Assembly: GCA_019973935.1 (NCBI GenBank)
Contig: BMAU01016994.1
Span: 944,762-1,008,761, forward strand
From: Trichonephila clavipes
Taxonomy: Eukaryota
Length of the DNA stretch: 64,000 bases
Direction: 5' to 3'
Made by a program: the position numbers and the translations under genes. The notes under the pieces are model-generated. The model worked only from the letters and a program-made list of their open reading frames with translations, was not told the DNA's origin and searched no databases. Shown in pieces: positions 12,223 through 25,249 of this stretch (positions within the stretch are counted from its first letter, which is position 1; each line of letters starts with the position of its first letter).

Positions 12223-13394
12223 TCTTGGGGTTCTGTGAAGAAAAGTTTGAAGACCACTTTTGAGGAATAATCCCACTACCAATTCCACAGTTGACATGTG
12301 CAAGTAATTCTTCTGGTAAAAACTAACAGTGTGTGTGTGTGTCAGCTGATCTCAAGGTCACTTGACCGTTACCTTTTCGAAAGGATGCCATGGGGCGTGG
12401 TTTCTTGATGTATAGTTTAAGGTTACTTTTTTTTTTAAATCCCCATTTTTTCATGTAAAAAAAGCAAAATTAGTGTTTCTGATGTGGTTTAAATTCGTAG
12501 CAAAAAATATTCTTTTTCATAAAATATAGTGTTATTAATGTGTATTTAAGCAGTTTATTGTATTTTTCTAAAGTAACATTTTAAAAACTTTTGTAAATTG
12601 CATACACATGGTGCCATCTGCTGACTTTGTTATAAAGCTTGCCAACTATGGCATCAAAAAATTCTGGAAGCAAGGATATATGTATTTTTCGTAATTTAAA
12701 AAATTTCTAGACTTTATGACATTTCTACATTTCAAGGCAGATTTATGAGTAATTTACGTTCTCAGCAAAAGTTTTACACCTGAATAATGTGATTTCACTG
12801 TGCAAAAGTACCCTAACCATTTCAGTACATTTGGCAGTCCCCCTTAAGAAAACAGTTAACTTCTAATTTTATCAAAATGTTTCAAAATACTCATTCCAAG
12901 TAACATATTTATGTATTAATTAAAATTTTTAATGAGAAGGAATGGGCTGCATTTATTTTACAAATACTGTTATATCAGGTTAAATATTTGTAATCCGCAG
13001 TTACAATTCCAGTTCTATAGTTTCTGCACTTATTTTAAGGATAAAATAGAGCTGAAAATATTCTTTCACATAAATCAGTAGTTTGGAAAAGCATCAGAGC
13101 TTTTTCATGGACAAATTGGAAACATTTTCCTGCAAGTGTATCCTAAAATTTGAAATGAAATTATAATTATGGCTAAGCAAAATAAAAAACTAAGTTAATA
13201 TTCTTGATCAGAATATATGTAGAGGTTTTTCATTGTAGGCAATTCAGTGATCTAGACTAGGTTGGCACACCTTTTCATTATAACCCATGGCTTTTCAGAG
13301 TTCTGTAAAAGTAAGAATATTAAATGAGAGACCTTTGCAGACCCCCTAGAAAGGTGCACCTGGAGTTCACATACTACAGTTGAAGAACTGCTGA

Positions 13395-13759
13395 TCTAGA
13401 GCAGTGATTCACAACCTCCGGTCCACGGACCGGTACTGGTCCGTCGATAAAATGGTGCCAGGCCGCCTAAACAACATTCAACTATTGTCATTTTATTTAA
13501 AATGGTGCATTTCTCTCGGATTTGTGCAACTTTCCACGGAAATAACTTTATATTCCACGTTAAATTACTTTTATTCATTTTTGGTGTAACTATATTTTAT
13601 TCTGAAGGCATATTTAAATGTAACTAAATTTAAATTGTTAAACCAAAACAATCTACAATATAAACAATCAATGTGTCTCACCCTCGGCGGGCAACGGTAA
13701 AATTATCAAACGTTGATCGGTCCGCAGCGATAAAAAGGTTGCGGAGCACTGATCTAGAG
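13395..13759. mobile_element. Tc1-like MITE (~365 bp) with ~22-bp TIRs
   Basis: The left end is tctagagcagtgattcacaacc. The right end is ggttgcggagcactgatctaga, which is the inverted repeat. Inner inverted repeats ggtccacggaccgg and cggtccgcagcg are also present. Confidence 0.7.
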
Positions 13760-15229
13760 TATTCAATCTTTTAAATGTTTTCTTTTTTGTTACATTTTAT
13801 GAAATTTCTCCTGTTGTACATTTAATAGGAATTTTCATTCATGTAAGCATAAAAAAATTTAAAGAGTGAAAAAATGAGTGTATTTTTTTAGTTAAATAAA
13901 AGATTTAATGTTTAGCCTGGGAAATTTTTTTTTTTAAAACTAACAGAAAATGAATTTAATAAAAACAGCTGAAAAATAAAAAGTACGTAAAAGAAATTGA
14001 TACTACTATAATGTATGAGATAATCGGAAAATTTAAATTTAATGAAATGTTAAATTTTGTGTGTGTATGTTCTCTGATTATTAGTAGAAACCTATGGCAA
14101 TTGTGTATTATGCAAAGTCACCAAAGTAGCACCACAGTCACTTTTATCAAGACAATTGTAATACATATACGTTCAACCCTATTTAACGAATTTCATGATT
14201 TAACGAATCTTTCTCTTTTCCCAATTAAAAGGAAAACAAAACAAAATCTTATTTAAGGAATAATAAGCCCTGAATTAGTGAATTACTTTGGCACCTGTAA
14301 TTTTTTTATTAGTTTGTATTGGAAAAAATTGGTTTTTTTTTCAAATGACATTTTTGGCAAGAACAGAATAGGACTTCTTGTAAGCAGCAAATTTGTACAG
14401 GCAAGGGTGAAGGCCATTATTATACTTTACAGGTGCAGATGAGTCATGAATGTAACCCATTATGAGTAGGATAGAAAATTACTCATTCCAATCAACAATG
14501 TGGTTGATATTTTAAGATTTTAACGATAATGGTACATTTCATGACAAACTGCCTATCTGTGCAACTGAAGTTGAAGGAATTGTTTATTGGAGCCAATAAG
14601 TAGCAATTCCAATACTAAACTTGATAATGAAACTAATATCAAAACTCTTACATTTTCTGATGCTTTACATTGTTTGGAAACTGTGAAAACATACCCTTCT
14701 CTTATGCTGCAGAATGTAAATGATACAGTATTTTCTTCTCTGCAAGAAGTCGGAGAACTTTTGTGAGTCAGGAAACAAGAAGACTTTCAAGCATTTAAGT
14801 CAGTAGTTTAAAATTTCCAATTCACCAGCACATAATTCATTAATAATATTTTTAGCTGATGAACAAAAAGTATGCAATTTCTAACTATGGATATTTTTTG
14901 CGTATTTGCTTGTAGAATTTCCATAATGTAAGTGCAAAAAATTTGTATTTTGTTTGGACCCTGGTATAACAAATGGCCCCGATTTTCTGACTGTATATCA
15001 TAATATGCATGAATAATCTTTAAATTTCTAACATTTTGTTTAGGTTAAAAAATAATCAACTTTAAATTTATTTCCAAGTAACAAAAAAATCATAATTGTA
15101 TTTAGTGTTCTGACTAAATTTTTAAAACTTATTTTCATAAGCATGTTTTATAAAGAGAAACATCACTAAAGAATGTTACAAGTATGTTTTACTCTTCGAT
15201 TAATTTTTTTGTAAATATCTCATGAATGA

Positions 15230-15955
15230 TCTCATCTCCTGTTTTGGATGGCTTGCTGTAATTTTCCTTGAGTTTCACAAAACAATTTGCTTTGATCGAA
15301 GTTTCTTTTGGCATAAAATCCTCTAAAGGAACACTTTTTTTTATCCCAAAAGATAGTTACCAAGACCTTTTATTTTGAAAGAGTCTGAATTTTCTGTTTT
15401 TGTGGCTGATGAGGAATGATGCCACTCAAATGAATGGTGCTTGCTTTTTGGGGTGATTCAAGACACCAAGGTCTCATCACCAGTCACAGTCTGATCAAGA
15501 AAGGTACCCCCATTTGTGTTATATGCCAAGAGTGTTAATGCTAAGTCCATTCTCTTAGTTTTGTCTTGGTCGTTCTGAGTTGTTACAGAAACAGTCATGC
15601 ACAAATTTTGCTGTAACTGAAATGTTGTGACATTGTTTCACTAAACAAAAAATGAGAAATGTCTGGAAACAAAATGTGCAATTTGTCAAAAGTTGCATGC
15701 CTGTCTTGCAAGGTCTGATTTCATTTTGACCACTCCAATTGTACAAGGGGGATTTCTTCCAACCTGCTCTGATAGTGCAAACACATTATGAAAGCTAGTT
15801 GATCTCCTGAAAAGTGTAAGAGGAGTGACCTACATGGCTAAAATGTGGGAGCAATCTTTTGTCTAGATGCAGTGAACACATGACTTAATAAACTGGCAGC
15901 AGAAGAGTATAACATGCAAATTCTGAAACTCATTAACAGATACAACAAATGTTGT
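15230..15955 (-). mobile_element. mariner-like transposase fragment (pseudogene)
   Basis: The minus-strand translation gives KVLVTIFWDKK..FRGFYAKRNFDQSKLFCETQGKLQQAIQNRR and ..KTKLREWT.H.., which match the conserved mariner central region. The 5' side abuts the SINE inserted at 15961. Confidence 0.55.
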
Positions 15956-15960
15956 TTTGG

Positions 15961-16355
15961 GCCGTGGGTAGCCTAGTGGTTAGAGCATCGGACTCCAGAC
16001 CGGAAGGCCTGGGTTCGATGCTCGATGTCACCAAATACCCTCCGAGTGCACACGGAGTACGTGCTCATTAAATCAGTGGGTCCGTAGTCTTGTGGGCTTA
16101 TTCACTAGCGCAGGAACTGGAGAATATTTCCCTCCCCTTCAGTTCACTTGCAGAAATTGTGGAGGTGGAGATAGAGGTCGTGTCGCCATCTATCGTCCCT
16201 TCGGGGAAGTTTCTCTGAGCTTAAATCGCACTGTCACCTGTATGGTGCTCAAGGCCAACGACAGGCGTACCTCTTGCCCATGCCACGATGAATTTCAAGG
16301 GCCTCGTTCTGACTACGTCAGACAGGTGGCATTAGTCACAACACAACAACAACAA
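15961..16355 (+). mobile_element. tRNA-derived SINE, copy 1 (tRNA-like head, ~300 bp body, (CAA)n tail)
   Basis: The head is gccgtgggtagcctagtggttagagcatcggactccagaccggaaggcctgggttcgatgc, with A-box and B-box-like motifs. The tail is acaacacaacaacaacaa. It is about 90% identical by eye to 26031-26416. Confidence 0.85.
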
Positions 16356-17654
16356 ATGTTTAAATGAAGGTAGTGATTTTATAGTACAGTGAAGGAAGCT
16401 TCTGGTATGCGACCAAATCCCCCCAATGAATATTGTGCTTTTTATTTTATATAATTAAGTAATTTTTATTTCTTAGTTGACCCGTGTAGTTGTACATTAC
16501 CAGTGGCTTAGTATTTACTTACTTTCTACTATATTAAACCTTTAGGTAATTTAAAGCAAATATAAGAGGAAGTACTTTTTCCCCTTTAATTGTGTTAAGC
16601 TTTTTCATATTATGGCAAGAGATTGTTCATCTTTTATCAATTAAAATAAAATTTTCTTGTTTAGCAAATTTAATTAAGTTTTCTGAAAAGGATTTTAGAT
16701 GAAAATATTTTTGGGTATAATTTTTATGTTCAATTTATGAAATGTCAATTTTAACAGTGTTTTTTTTCATCATAATTGATGACCATAAAAAGTTAAAATA
16801 GATGAAAGTATTTTATTCATAAAGCGAAATAATAATAACTTATGATAGGTTTTATATGATTGTATTGAGAAATTGAAGAGAATGTTTTTTTTTCCTGTTA
16901 TTTCATACATATATAACAAAACTTTTTATAGTTTGAGGTAAAAGATTGTTGTCAATGGAACCATTATATTTCTTGACTATTGGAGTTTATATAAAATATG
17001 AGTTCACAAGTTGCCTATATGAATATTTATAGCTGTAGTTTTATTTTATTTTATTTAACTTGATAATGGGCACCATATCCAATTGTTGATTATGTATAAG
17101 TTTAAGAGAAAAAGAGGAATAAATTATAAAGAGATGTAGCTTATCCACACACATTTTGGATCTGATTTAATTGAAATTTATTTAAAACATTACACTGCAT
17201 TCCAAAGAAATGTTCTTTACTGTATTAAATGCATTTCTTAAATAATTGCTTACTAATTTTAAATAATCCATTTGCTAATTGCAATGCTAGTGAAAAACTT
17301 TTTATAATTGGTCTGCATATTGTGTTTAGTCATTTAATTTGATAGAGGCTGTTGCATTTGTTTTGTTTTTGCTTCTGTTTTTTTATTGTATTCTTCTCTC
17401 TCTTTTTTTAGAAAGGTTTAGGAAGCAAACCAATATAAATTCAAATCTTACCTTTTATAAATTTAGCAAAAAGGAAAACAGGCTTAAACAAATGAAGGGA
17501 AAAAAATCTAATATCAAATTAAAGGTTTTCAGAGAAATTAGGCCAAATGCACCTATTTAGAACAAAAATTGCATTGTATAGCTTTAACAGAAAAGTAATC
17601 ATTGTTATTTTTTTATTTTAAAGAAGCATTATATTTATATAAATATATTTGCAG

Positions 17655-17850
17655 GGTTATTCATGGACCACAAGATATGATTATTATTCCTCCTTATCAT
17701 TATTGCATCATTCGCAATCCTGTGCTTCGAAATTCTGAAAGTGCTGTAGTTTATGATAGTGTTGGTCAAATCAAGTTAAAACATGCTGATTTGGAAGTGA
17801 GATTGCAACAAGATCCTTTTCCATTATACCCTGGAGAAGTTATTCATGTG
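17655..17850 (+). CDS. MVP: MVP exon (partial CDS, vault repeat 2 region): [35 protein letters not shown]
   Basis: The acceptor AG is at 17653-17654 and the donor is GTATGA at 17851. It is colinear with human MVP ..[31 protein letters not shown]. The first base completes a codon begun in an upstream exon that I did not find. Confidence 0.85.
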
Positions 17851-18854
17851 GTATGAAAATTAATCATAATTTTAAGTATTTAAATAAGTGTGTGGATGTT
17901 AATTTTTTTTTAAAAAAATCTATTAATATCCAATGATTCTTGGTAGGTTCATACCAATTTTTTTTTAAAAATTAGGAATAAAAAATCCACATGTAACATT
18001 TGGAACATGTAAAATTTGTCCAAAAATTTTACATGTTCTGCTTATGTGCAGTTTTCAGTTCTCTATTTCAAAGTATTTTTATTCCTGAAAAGGATTCCTT
18101 ATGAGTATTTTAAAGTTTAAATAAGATTTATAATAAAAATGACAAAAAGCAAAATTGTTTTAAAAAATTGTTTTTAATATATATATGTACTACTGTGTGG
18201 CTAACTTGTTTTGACATACGTCTGGTTATACCAATCCTAAAATCCAGCATAAAATGCACACTTTTAACACAAATAATAAGATCGAAATTTACAGGTGTGC
18301 TTTATATGTCGGGTATAAAAGTGAGAGCTTTAAAAATTAAAAAAAAAGATGAATATAGGAAAAAAATAGATCTCTATACAGATCAAAATAGAGTTTATTT
18401 AAAAGAAATAACATTTCTTATGAACTTAAAGGGTTGTAATTCTACAAGCATGCTATTTTTTTTATAAAGCTTTGAATAATACCTTGAACAAATGACTTTA
18501 AAACATAAGAGCATTATGCAAATGCATTCCAGGTTTCCTCTTAAAAAAGGAGGTGCACATTATACGGAACTTTCTTAGACTATGAAATGCTTATTTTTAA
18601 CTGACAATTATATCTTTAAAATATTAATTTTCATAGAAAAAATTAATATTCTCAAATCAATTTTTTTAAATACTGTTTCATTTAAATGTTTTTAATTATA
18701 TATATGGATTTTACTTTGTTAAAAACTTTTAAACTAATAAATATATAACGTTTTTAGTATTTTAAAAATTTAATTTTTTTAAACACCTGAATACAAGATT
18801 TTGTTACAGCTTAAATAAATTTAAGTTAAAAAATTAAATTTTTTTACATTGCAG

Positions 18855-18975
18855 GGAGTGACCCCGTTAACAGTTGTACCATCAAATACTGCCTTGCGAC
18901 TCAAGGCAGTTCGAGATTTTGAAGATGATACTATCAAAAGAATTGCTGGTGATGAATGGTTGTTTGAAGGACCAG
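18855..18975 (+). CDS. MVP: MVP exon: [41 protein letters not shown]
   Basis: The acceptor is gcag at 18851-18854 and the donor is GTATG at 18976. It matches human [41 protein letters not shown]. It ends in phase 1. Confidence 0.9.
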
Positions 18976-19171
18976 GTATGCTATTCACATTTTACTAAAG
19001 AATGTATTGCTTTTTTAATGCAAGATTGAAACATTACTTTGCATATTTCATTACAGTATCGAATAAGTTGTTTCTGAACTTAATTTGTACAAAGTATTAT
19101 GTGTTTATATACACACATTAGATGTATGGGTATATATATGTATGTTTGTATATACAGTTTATGACCAATAT

Positions 19172-19525
19172 TTTTTTCCCTGCTAATCGGCTGCATAATT
19201 GCGGCTAAGCCTTTGCAGCATGGCAAGTCCCCAAATGTGAGAGCCATTTCATGGTTGTCATCTAGTGGCAGCTCTTGCTATTGAATTTTGATGCTCGAAT
19301 TAATTTTAATTCAAGCTCTCGTTGGATGCTGAATGTTTGCAGTGATTTTAATTTCGTCAAGAGTAACAGCCAAACTGATACTCAAGGGAATTTTTACATG
19401 CCATATAATCTTATGACATTGGTGCCTATGATTTTTGCATCTAGAAAATCTATTAACTCCAGCTGGGATCGAACCCGCAACCTTGGGCTCACAAAGCAGG
19501 CACGCTATCTTTGAGCCACTGAGCC
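19172..19525 (-). mobile_element. tRNA-derived SINE (unrelated family), minus orientation, with a 12-bp TSD
   Basis: The reverse complement of 19440-19520 is a tRNA-like head (gtcggctcagtggctcaaagatagcgtgcctgctttgtgagcccaaggttgcgggttcgatcccagctgg). The minus-strand poly-A tail corresponds to ttttttt at 19172-19178. The element is flanked by tatgaccaatat at 19160-19171 and 19526-19537. Confidence 0.75.
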
Positions 19526-21347
19526 GACAATATATATGACCAATATCATACAAAATACAACACCAACATAGAATGGTCAGAAAGTAAAGAAACTTGGCAA
19601 GCAGAGAGAAACATTGATCATGAGCGATCAATCAATGATTTTTCAGATAATACTCATAATTTGGGGAGAACAAGTCAGCTCATTAGGTTTGAGGACCTCC
19701 AAAGACAATACATGAGGCAGCATGTCTAAGAAAAGAATAAAAGGGAATACAGATGGCATTCGGAGGAATAGCTCTCCATCTCATGTCAACTCTCTCTCTC
19801 TCTTTTTTTTATACAGCCCTTACAGGGCATGCAAAATATGTCCAATTGCTTCCCAGATCTGTTTGGTTCAGGAGAAATCTTGGAGAATAATAGCCAGGGG
19901 AAAAATTTTAGCTGATGTGTGCAATCAGGTGTTTCCCTGCTGGTAATGAGCATTGGGCACCCTTTTGAGGAAGGAGAGTGTCACAAGCCACAGATCATCA
20001 TCTAGGTATCGCTAAGCCTTCATAATGCTCTGAATATGAACCAGAGGGGATCTACTATCTTAGGCAATTGTGTCCCAAACCATACAAGCAACATTACTTG
20101 GTGAAATGTTCCACAGATACAGCCAAATTGGACTGCCACCTTCCTACATTGCAACTATCATTAGACAAACAGAAGCATAATTTGTTTAATGATTCTGATT
20201 GATATGGTAACATATCACATGTTGCAAATACAGTGCCATAAATGGCTTGCAAGGCCACCATCACTTGTTAATGGATGTCTAAGGATGTAAATATCTGCAT
20301 GCTGACATTGCTGTGGCCTCATTGACACCCCTCAAACTTGCCACTTTTCCTCATTTGAACCACCTTTGTCTCAGCCAATTTGCTGTAGATGCATCTAGGT
20401 GAGCATCAGCAGAAATTTGATATCTGAACCAACTTGCCCTTCACAATCCAGTCTCCTTGCAATATCATTTGTCTTCTGGACTTGCCTCCATTCATGGTGG
20501 CAAGGCATTCTCTGCTATTATGTGTGTCCTCTGAGGCAAGAACAAAATTTCAACAATCCCTAACAGAAATAACATAATTATTACCTATTGTTCTGTTTCT
20601 TTCCATTAATGTGTGCTGAAGCATTTCACACAATTTGTATTGCTAAGTAAGGTTCGCCTACCATGAAATTGGCATAATTTTCTGGCTACTTCTTCTTTAG
20701 TTGTGTTGAATTTTCTGTGTATATACATGTTTAATAATATGAACTTTATATTGGTTCTTGATTTTTCTTTATTAATATGTTTTGTAATAATTATAGTTAA
20801 ACATTAAAATAATACCAAAAAACAAATAAAAATGTTTTTATTATTTTATAACAAATTTTCGTTTGATATACATTTTACTCTTTATGGAATTGTAATACAT
20901 GTATATAACATAAAATTAAAAAAAATATATGGGAATGCTCATATTAATAAAATATGTTTTCTTGAAAACCTGATATTGTTTCAATGCAGTGTTAATAGTG
21001 ATAGCTAAAATGTTTCTTGTTGTGTAAACATAATTCTTTATTTTGCTTGTAGCTTATTCTTTCACTGAGCATGATGCTAATTAAAGTGACTTTCCAATTA
21101 TAGTTTGTTGAATCATTTTAAGTGAAAAATTTTTGCTTTTCTTTTTTTCTAATACAAAATGTATAAAAGTTGCTGCAAATTTTTTTAAAGAATTTGAGCT
21201 TTAAATCACTAGGAGGAAAAATACACTTATTCCAAAACTAATAAACTATAATATTCATTAAACTTTTTGTAGGTAATTTAATTGACTGCTTTTCATTTAG
21301 CAGCATTAATTACTCCATCTGTTAAAAATCTTCTATCTACTTCTCAG

Positions 21348-21574
21348 GTACCTTTATTCCACGGAAAGAAGTAGAGGTATTGGAAACTATTTCAGCTATT
21401 GTGATTAATCCTAATCAAGCCCTCAAACTAAGAGCTACTGCTGAAACTGTAGATAGGAATGGAAAAGAAAGAGTAACTGGTGAAGAATGGATAGTGAAGA
21501 AAACTGGAGCATATTTGCCTGGAGCTTATGAAGAAATAGTTGATGTAGTTAATGCTTATGTATTAACAGATAAA
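21348..21574 (+). CDS. MVP: MVP exon: (G)[75 protein letters not shown]
   Basis: The acceptor AG is at 21346-21347 and the donor is GTAAGT at 21575. It matches human [50 protein letters not shown].. Confidence 0.9.
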
Positions 21575-24008
21575 GTAAGTTATTTGGAAATTTAGTTCAA
21601 CTCTTTTAAATATTTTTATGTGAAAAACTGATTACAAATGAATTATCAAAATCCTTTTTAAAAAAGAAATGTTGAAGAAGTATATTGAGTTTTTGTTATT
21701 CCCCTTGCTCCCTATGCATTTGAAATGAAAGTTAGACAAATTATGTTTTAGTGTGTGATTGAGTCACAACCTACTTTACAAATTAATAGTTTTCCAATTT
21801 TAAAATTTTGAATATGCAAAATTTCATAATGTATTATATTAATAAAGATATTTGTAATTATGAGACTCTTTGTTAAAAGGCAGTTCTCAAAATTCCTTAT
21901 TTTCATTGCCAATTCATTGTATAATAAACATAATTATGTAATTTTTTTGGAGGAGGAACTTTATGTTAAAACACTTTGTGTAGAAAGTCATACTTGAGAA
22001 CTCAAAACCGATAACTGTTTCAAGTGAGTCATGTCTTCGATTCTATTGAAGATGTGCCAAACACTAAAGCTGATCCATGTTAAGTCTGTCAGGGCTCATA
22101 GTCATTCGTCATGTTGAATATGGAATTTTGAAGAATGGGGTCCGAGCACAGGTTTCACTTTTTATTCTTTCATCATGGTTCAGAATTACAAGTCTTACCA
22201 GTAGCTTTAGTGTTGTATCCAACAATAATAGAATAAAATTTTAAAAAATCATTGAATGAGAGAAATCTCTGCAGATATATTTATAGTGAACTGTGGTTTG
22301 TAATCAAAGCTAAAAAACTTATTTTTGACTTTTTAAATATTTTTCCATAGTTCATTAAATTTAATTAGTCCTTAACACTGAGTTTTCAATGTATTTTTCT
22401 GATTTATATATATATAATTTTATATATATTCCTCCTAAATATTAATTTTTAATACCATATATTTCCTTGTATAATTCAAGAAGTTTTGTAACTTTTTTAA
22501 AACTAAAGTATGTGATTGGCATATATATGGATTTGCTAACCCTGAAAAAAAAAACTTAGTTTCTAAAAAACAATTTTTTTTAGAACATTTCCATTAGCCA
22601 TACACAAATGATTTTGATCTCTTAACTTTTTGGAAGTTTTTGAATTCAGTTATTTTTTTTTTTATTCAAGAAGTCATACGAGTCCTTTGAAGTTGGCATA
22701 ATAATCAGAGATTCCATAAAATTTGTAAAATTTTTCCATGTGTTGAGGTGCTTAAATATATATGATCATCATGTGGCAAGTTTTTCATCCAGAACATGAA
22801 ACATAGGCAAATAACCACAAACAGCCTTTTTATTTTGTCATCTCTAATTCTAGATGTTTTTTCCCTCCCATCCTTGAACTTGTTTCTTATTTACAAAGAA
22901 ATGTTGGACAGAAATGCTCTTAATAGAACTTTCAGAAAACAGAAACACTTGTAGTTTGATATAAGCTATACTGAAAGTTCTCTTCCCATTAATTTTCCAG
23001 AAAAAAGTGGCATGAAAAATAATACAAGTACAGATAGTTTGCAAAATAACAAACGATACCAATGTTTATGTCATCCAGATATAGCTTTTCTTTTTTATAT
23101 TATAATAGATTATATTAAAATTTAAAGCTTCCAAGAAGAGAGGAGAGAGAAATTTAAAAATTTACCTCTCCAATTCTGTTGTTCCTGAACGCTATTATTA
23201 GTTTTCCTTATTTAGCTTTGTAATAGTTTATTATATACAGATTTGTTTTTAATAAGTGCTACAATGAAACCATTCTTTTCCTGTATCAATGTATTATTTG
23301 TTTATATTTTTTTTATGAAAAGAGAAATTTATTTAGTTGATTGATAGTTATATTTTCATGAGTAGTAAAATAATGATTTTGTAAGGGTAACAAAGTCAAA
23401 TCACAGATCTTTTTTTAAAAAAATTATTTTTTTTAATTTGGTGATCTACTGATTAGTTTTAATTACTCATCTATATATTTGGAAAGTGCATTTATATATT
23501 TTAAATTAATAGCTCAATGGTGTTTTTACAATATCTTTTTTCTCTTGTTTACAAATCTATTGACTTAGGAAACATATATATTCAAAGAAATCTTTAATAA
23601 GACTAAAACTAAGTAAAAAGACTTTGTAACATGAAAAACATTTCATTTTACAAAGTCCATTCAAATAACTTGTTTTAACTCTTAAAGTATTTTTCTGCTA
23701 GTCATCTAAATAGCTAAAAAGTTATCACTTTTGATGAATGTGTTATTGTAAAGTTGAAAACAATCTCATTTTCCTGTTCTCCATAACCATTTTCTATAAT
23801 TTTGGAAGAAAAAGTAGAGAGCTATAAAATTTATTGTGATCTAAAATAAATATGATCCCAACACCATTTAATAGACTCACACAGACAAAATAACTTTTTC
23901 GGTTGAGTAAAATAGTACAAAGGTTAAAAACTACTTCATTTCTAGCAAAATACAGATTTCTTATAGTGTTATGGTTTAAAATTCTTAATGTACTTTTTCT
24001 TTTTTAAG

Positions 24009-24245
24009 GAAGCTGTTCATGTTAAAGCAAAGAAGTCTTTTGTAGATGAATTTGGAAAAACAAGGAAAAATGGGGAGGAATGGCTAATAACATTAGCAGA
24101 TACTGAAACTTTCATTCCTGGTGTTTATGAAGATGTAGTAGGAATTGTAAAGATCACAACTCTTTCTAATCGTCAGTATTGTGTTATTCTGGATCCCTTG
24201 GATACAGATGGTAAACCTCAGTTAGGAAGGAAAAAACTTATAAAG
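24009..24245 (+). CDS. MVP: MVP exon: [79 protein letters not shown]
   Basis: The acceptor AG is at 24007-24008 and the donor is GTTTGT at 24246. It matches human ..[60 protein letters not shown]. Confidence 0.9.
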
Positions 24246-25117
24246 GTTTGTTTTTTACCTAATTTATTCTTGTGAAATATGGTGATTATTAATTTTACAG
24301 TTTCATTAAAAAGGTTTTTGCATACTCTTTCAAGGTTAATATTGCTTGACTTAAATTTTCATTTTTGGGGTCAGTTGTTTCATGAAATAAATTTAGAATA
24401 AAAGTGTAATCTGATATTGAATCTTAAAATGTTTTTTAATTTTAAAAAAAAAATTCACTACGAAATTTTCAAATCACTTAATGTTATCAAAAATAAAACT
24501 CGTTATCATTTCTGTCATCAGTGCTATTATCTCTTGTTAGATTAAATGAGCAATTATAAAATTATATGATTTATAGATTGTTTTTACACTTTGAATTGAT
24601 TCTTTAAAGATTAATTCGTTTGCTTAAATTTTTTTTAAATCGGCATTTGGTTTGAAGTTTATGTACATTTATTATAGTATATGATTTTTAAAAATTAATA
24701 ATAGTGTTTTAAATAATTGTAAATGTTTTATCTAGAAGATGAAGTTCTAAATTTAAGTGATCTTTATATAATTATGATTTGTGAGATTTACAAAATATGT
24801 ATAAGAGCGCATATATATTTTGTGCAGGTTAACATTTGTGAAAGTGAAATTTATGCTTTTAAATATATATATACTTAAACTAGTCCAAATTGTTAAAAAT
24901 AAGGAGTTTAAATTACATGTTCATATAATTTGCATATTAATTTTTTTTTTCTTAAATTTATCTTTTTGCTTTATTCTTTAGATACATATCAGTTATATAC
25001 TTGGCACCCTTCTCTAAATTTTAAAATATATTTTAAATATGGTTGTAATGCAATGGTTTTTAATTTTTGATGCCATTTATAAAGTAGCTTACATTTTAAA
25101 TTCATTTTTAAAATTAG

Positions 25118-25249
25118 GGTGAAAAATCATTTTTCTTGCAACCTGGAGAAAAATTAGAAGCTGGTATTCAGGATGTTCATGTTCTAAGTGAAAATGAAGG
25201 TATTATTTTAAGAGCAAGAGAAGCATTTCAAGACAATAGTGAAACTCCT
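25118..25249 (+). CDS. MVP: MVP exon: [44 protein letters not shown]
   Basis: The acceptor AG is at 25116-25117 and the donor is GTAAGT at 25250. It matches human [33 protein letters not shown].. Confidence 0.9.

Noticed and set aside
15961-16040. Genuine tRNA genes at the SINE heads (15961, 26031, and 19440-19525 on the minus strand)
   Set aside because: The acceptor stems do not pair and there is no CCA-compatible 3' end. Each head is followed by a long non-tRNA body and a repeat tail, and the first two occur as near-identical multi-hundred-bp copies. They are tRNA-derived SINEs, not tRNA genes.
15946-16364. A target-site duplication for SINE copy 1 (aaatgtt before and after)
   Set aside because: The upstream match is 8 bp away from the element start and the downstream match merges with the (CAA)n tail. 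Only copy 2 has a convincing TSD.
16092-16367. ORF-track ORFs 16092-16367, 26095-26427 and 26159-26398
   Set aside because: They lie entirely inside the two SINE copies and are the same sequence read in different frames. They are not coding.
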